Part shown: one piece after another, positions 61,746 through 64,000 of the stretch
Position numbering within the stretch: position 1 is the stretch's first letter
Layout of the letters: each line of letters begins with the position of its first letter
Source of the DNA: Candidatus Eiseniibacteriota bacterium
Lineage (GTDB): Bacteria; Eisenbacteria; RBG-16-71-46
DNA: 64,000 nt
Assembly (NCBI GenBank): GCA_963776245.1
Contig: CAVZLN010000004.1
Location: 128,001 to 192,000, forward strand
Reading direction: 5' to 3'
Translations under genes and position numbers: made by a program
The notes under the pieces: model-generated
Told to the model about the DNA's origin: nothing
What the model saw: only the letters and a program-made list of their open reading frames with translations
Database searches by the model: none

Positions 61746-61775
61746 TTGTCGGGCATCGCGCGCTCCTCCTATACT
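61746..61775 (+). promoter_or_regulatory. Putative sigma70 promoter TTGTCG-N18-TATACT for proS
   Basis: Near-consensus -10 at 61770-61775. Confidence 0.55.
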
Positions 61776-61858
61776 CCGCGGCTGCCGGATGCCCCGCGTG
61801 CGCCGCGCGCGGGCGAGCCCGCTTCCCGCCGGATGTCCCGGCCGATGGAGATCCCCGC

Positions 61859-63301
61859 GTGACCGAAGACCAGGACCCCAGACGCTTCGTCGAGGACCTC
61901 ACCGACCAGTCCGACGACTTCTCCCGCTGGTACAACGAGGTGGTGCGCAAGGCGCAGCTCGCGGACTACTCGCCGGTGCGCGGCTCGATGGTGATCCGGC
62001 CCTACGGGTTCGCGATGTGGGAGAACATCCAGGCGCTGCTCGACGCGCGCATCAAGGCCACCGGACATCAGAACGCGTACTTCCCGCTGCTCATCCCCGA
62101 ATCGCTGCTGCAGAAGGAGGCCGATCACGTCGAGGGCTTCGCCCCCGAGTGCGCCTGGGTCACCCACGGGGGGAGCGAGAAGCTCGAGGAGCGCTACGCC
62201 ATCCGGCCCACCAGCGAGGCCATCATCGGGCACATGTACTCGCGCTGGATCGAGTCGTACCGCGACCTGCCGGTGTTGCTGAACCAGTGGTGCAACGTGA
62301 TGCGCTGGGAGAAGGTCACGCGGCTGTTCCTGCGCACCTCGGAGTTCCTGTGGCAGGAGGGGCACACCGCCCACGCCAGCCAGGCCGAGGCGCGCGAGGA
62401 GGTGCTGCGCATGCTCGAGGTCTATCGCGATTTCGCCGAGACCGACCTCGCCATGCCGGTGCACGCCGGGCCGAAGAGCGAGTCCGAGCGCTTCGCCGGC
62501 GCCGAGATGACCTACTCCATCGAAGGGCTGATGCGCGACGGCAAAGCGCTCCAGGCAGGCACCTCCCACGATCTCGGACAGCATTTCGCCCGGGTGTTCG
62601 ACATCACGTACCAGGACCCTGCGGGCGTCCGCCAGCACGTGTGGCAGACCTCGTGGGGAGTGTCCACCCGGCTCATCGGCGGCGTCATCATGACCCACGG
62701 CGACGACGCCGGGCTGCGACTGCCGCCGCGCATCGCCCCGGTGCAGGCGGTGGTGGTGCCCATCTGGCGCAAGCCGGAGGACCGCACCGCGGTGCTGGCG
62801 TTCCTGGACCGGGTGCGGGAGGCGCTCAAGGGCCGCGTGCGCCTCTACGTCGACGATCGCGAGCAGTACACCCCGGGCTGGAAGTACAACGAGCACGAGA
62901 TGCGCGGCGTGCCGCTGCGGCTCGAGGTCGGGCCGAAGGACGTGGCGAACACGGCGGTGATGAGCGTGCGGCGCGACAACCGCGCCAAGGAGAGCATCCC
63001 GCTCGCCGCGCTGGGCGAACGGGTGCCGGAGCTGCTCGAGCAGGTCCAGCAGGCGCTGTTCGACGCCGCGTACGCCTTCCGCGAGCAGAACACGGTGGTG
63101 TGCGCGACCCTCGCCGAGGTGCAGGCGCACTTCGCCGAGCAGCGCGGCTTCGCGGCCCTGCCGTGGGACGGCGATGGCGCGCTCGAGGCGGTCATCAAGC
63201 AGACCACCGGCGCGACGCTGCGCTGCATCCCGATCGACCAGAGGCCGTTCGAGGAGCGGGCCGGCGGCCGGCGGGTGGCGTTGTTCGCGCGCGCCTACTG
63301 A
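61859..63301 (+). CDS. proS: Proline--tRNA ligase (archaeal/eukaryote-like type)
   Basis: FSRWY, RPTSE, NQWCNVMRWE, EFLWQEGHT, QAGTSHDLG, no INS domain, ends ARAY. Confidence 0.96.
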   Translation: MTEDQDPRRFVEDLTDQSDDFSRWYNEVVRKAQLADYSPVRGSMVIRPYGFAMWENIQALLDARIKATGHQNAYFPLLIPESLLQKEADHVEGFAPECAWVTHGGSEKLEERYAIRPTSEAIIGHMYSRWIESYRDLPVLLNQWCNVMRWEKVTRLFLRTSEFLWQEGHTAHASQAEAREEVLRMLEVYRDFAETDLAMPVHAGPKSESERFAGAEMTYSIEGLMRDGKALQAGTSHDLGQHFARVFDITYQDPAGVRQHVWQTSWGVSTRLIGGVIMTHGDDAGLRLPPRIAPVQAVVVPIWRKPEDRTAVLAFLDRVREALKGRVRLYVDDREQYTPGWKYNEHEMRGVPLRLEVGPKDVANTAVMSVRRDNRAKESIPLAALGERVPELLEQVQQALFDAAYAFREQNTVVCATLAEVQAHFAEQRGFAALPWDGDGALEAVIKQTTGATLRCIPIDQRPFEERAGGRRVALFARAY

Positions 63302-63317
63302 GCGCCCGGCCGGTCCG

Positions 63318-64000
63318 ATGGTGGCGCTGTCGCGGGTGCTCGTCCGGCTTCCCAACTGGCTCGGCGATCTGATGCTCGCCCGTCCGCTCCTGCACGGTCT
63401 GCGACGGGCGCATCCGCACGCCCGTATCCTGGGGGTGGCCCCCGCGCCGCTGCTCGAGCTCGCGACGATGGACGGCGTGCTCGACGAGAAGGTCGCGTGG
63501 CGGCGGGACCGCGCGGCCACCCTCGCCGCGACCGATGCGGTCCGGGCGTGGGGGCCCGAGGCGGCGCTGGTGCTCCCGGGGTCGTTCTCGAGCGCTTGGC
63601 TGGCGTGGCGCTCCGGGGCCCGCACTGCGCATCGGCTACCGCGGCGACGCCCGGGCCTGGCTGCTCAGTCGCGCGCTGGCGCGCCGGGAGCGCGGGGAGC
63701 GACATCTCGCGGACGAATTCCTCGCGCTCGGCGAGTCGCTCGAGGTGGTCGCGGCGCCAGCGCCGCGCCTGGCGGTGAGCGAACCGGCACGGCGCGCGGC
63801 GGCCGCCCTCCTCGAGGAGTATGGGCTGGCGCCGCGAGCCCGCTATGCCGTCCTCGCTCCGCGCTCGGCGTGGGGACCGGCCCGGGAATGGCCGCGTCCG
63901 CGCTTCTCCGCCGTGGGACGGGAACTGGTGGGCCGCGGGCTGCGGGTCGTCGTGTGCGGGACGGCGGGTGAACGCGAGACCGTGGAGCAGACCGCCCGCG
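63318..64000 (+). CDS. waaF: LPS heptosyltransferase II-like (GT9), runs off the window, apparent frameshift near 63625
   Basis: VRLPNWLGDLML, LPGSFSSA; RIGY...RHLADE...WGPAREWP in a shifted frame. Confidence 0.8.

Noticed and set aside
56895..61862. 1655-aa ORF and other long alternative-frame or antisense ORFs (e.g. 42709-45651 minus, 18779-21337 minus)
   Set aside because: Arg/Ala/Pro/Gly-rich shadow frames expected at high GC, overlapping well-supported genes; only the 60693-61245 part of the 1655-aa ORF is real

Overview
Very GC-rich (roughly 70%+ by eye), gene-dense core-chromosome segment of a diderm bacterium. The gene mix (lpxC-fabZ fusion, Bat/MoxR operon, mcsA-mcsB-clpC, archaeal-type ProRS) suggests an FCB-adjacent candidate lineage such as Ca. 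Eisenbacteria; this is inference only. About 60 genes, all but one on the + strand: tsaC-ywlE-ilvE-rpiB-glyA; a MoxR/DUF58/BatABCD(E) operon; PTS IIA plus a short zinc-ribbon gene; cca, polyprenyl synthase, rsfS, argS, pfkB; a signalling island; purM; a sensor-less sigma54 activator; lnt, asd, ecfT, truA, htrA; purB-L-Q-S(like)-F; lysS, lolC/E-lolD, mcsA-mcsB-clpC, bamA-skp; a long lipid A/LPS cluster; nadB, msbA, proS. About eight single-base frameshifts, several in essential genes, look like long-read errors. The best candidate for an undescribed system is at 20345-22726: an uncharacterised two-domain protein, then an unannotated 16-codon ORF (MELIQEILILLSKAGW) with a perfect Shine-Dalgarno and a downstream hairpin, then a multi-TM HD-GYP phosphodiesterase. 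This could be a peptide/receptor (or leader-peptide) c-di-GMP module. Also notable: a sigma54 promoter with an IHF-like site before an orphan gene, sigma70 promoters that reuse upstream stop codons, and a tandem PurS-like protein. No rRNA, tRNA, CRISPR array or mobile element was recognised.
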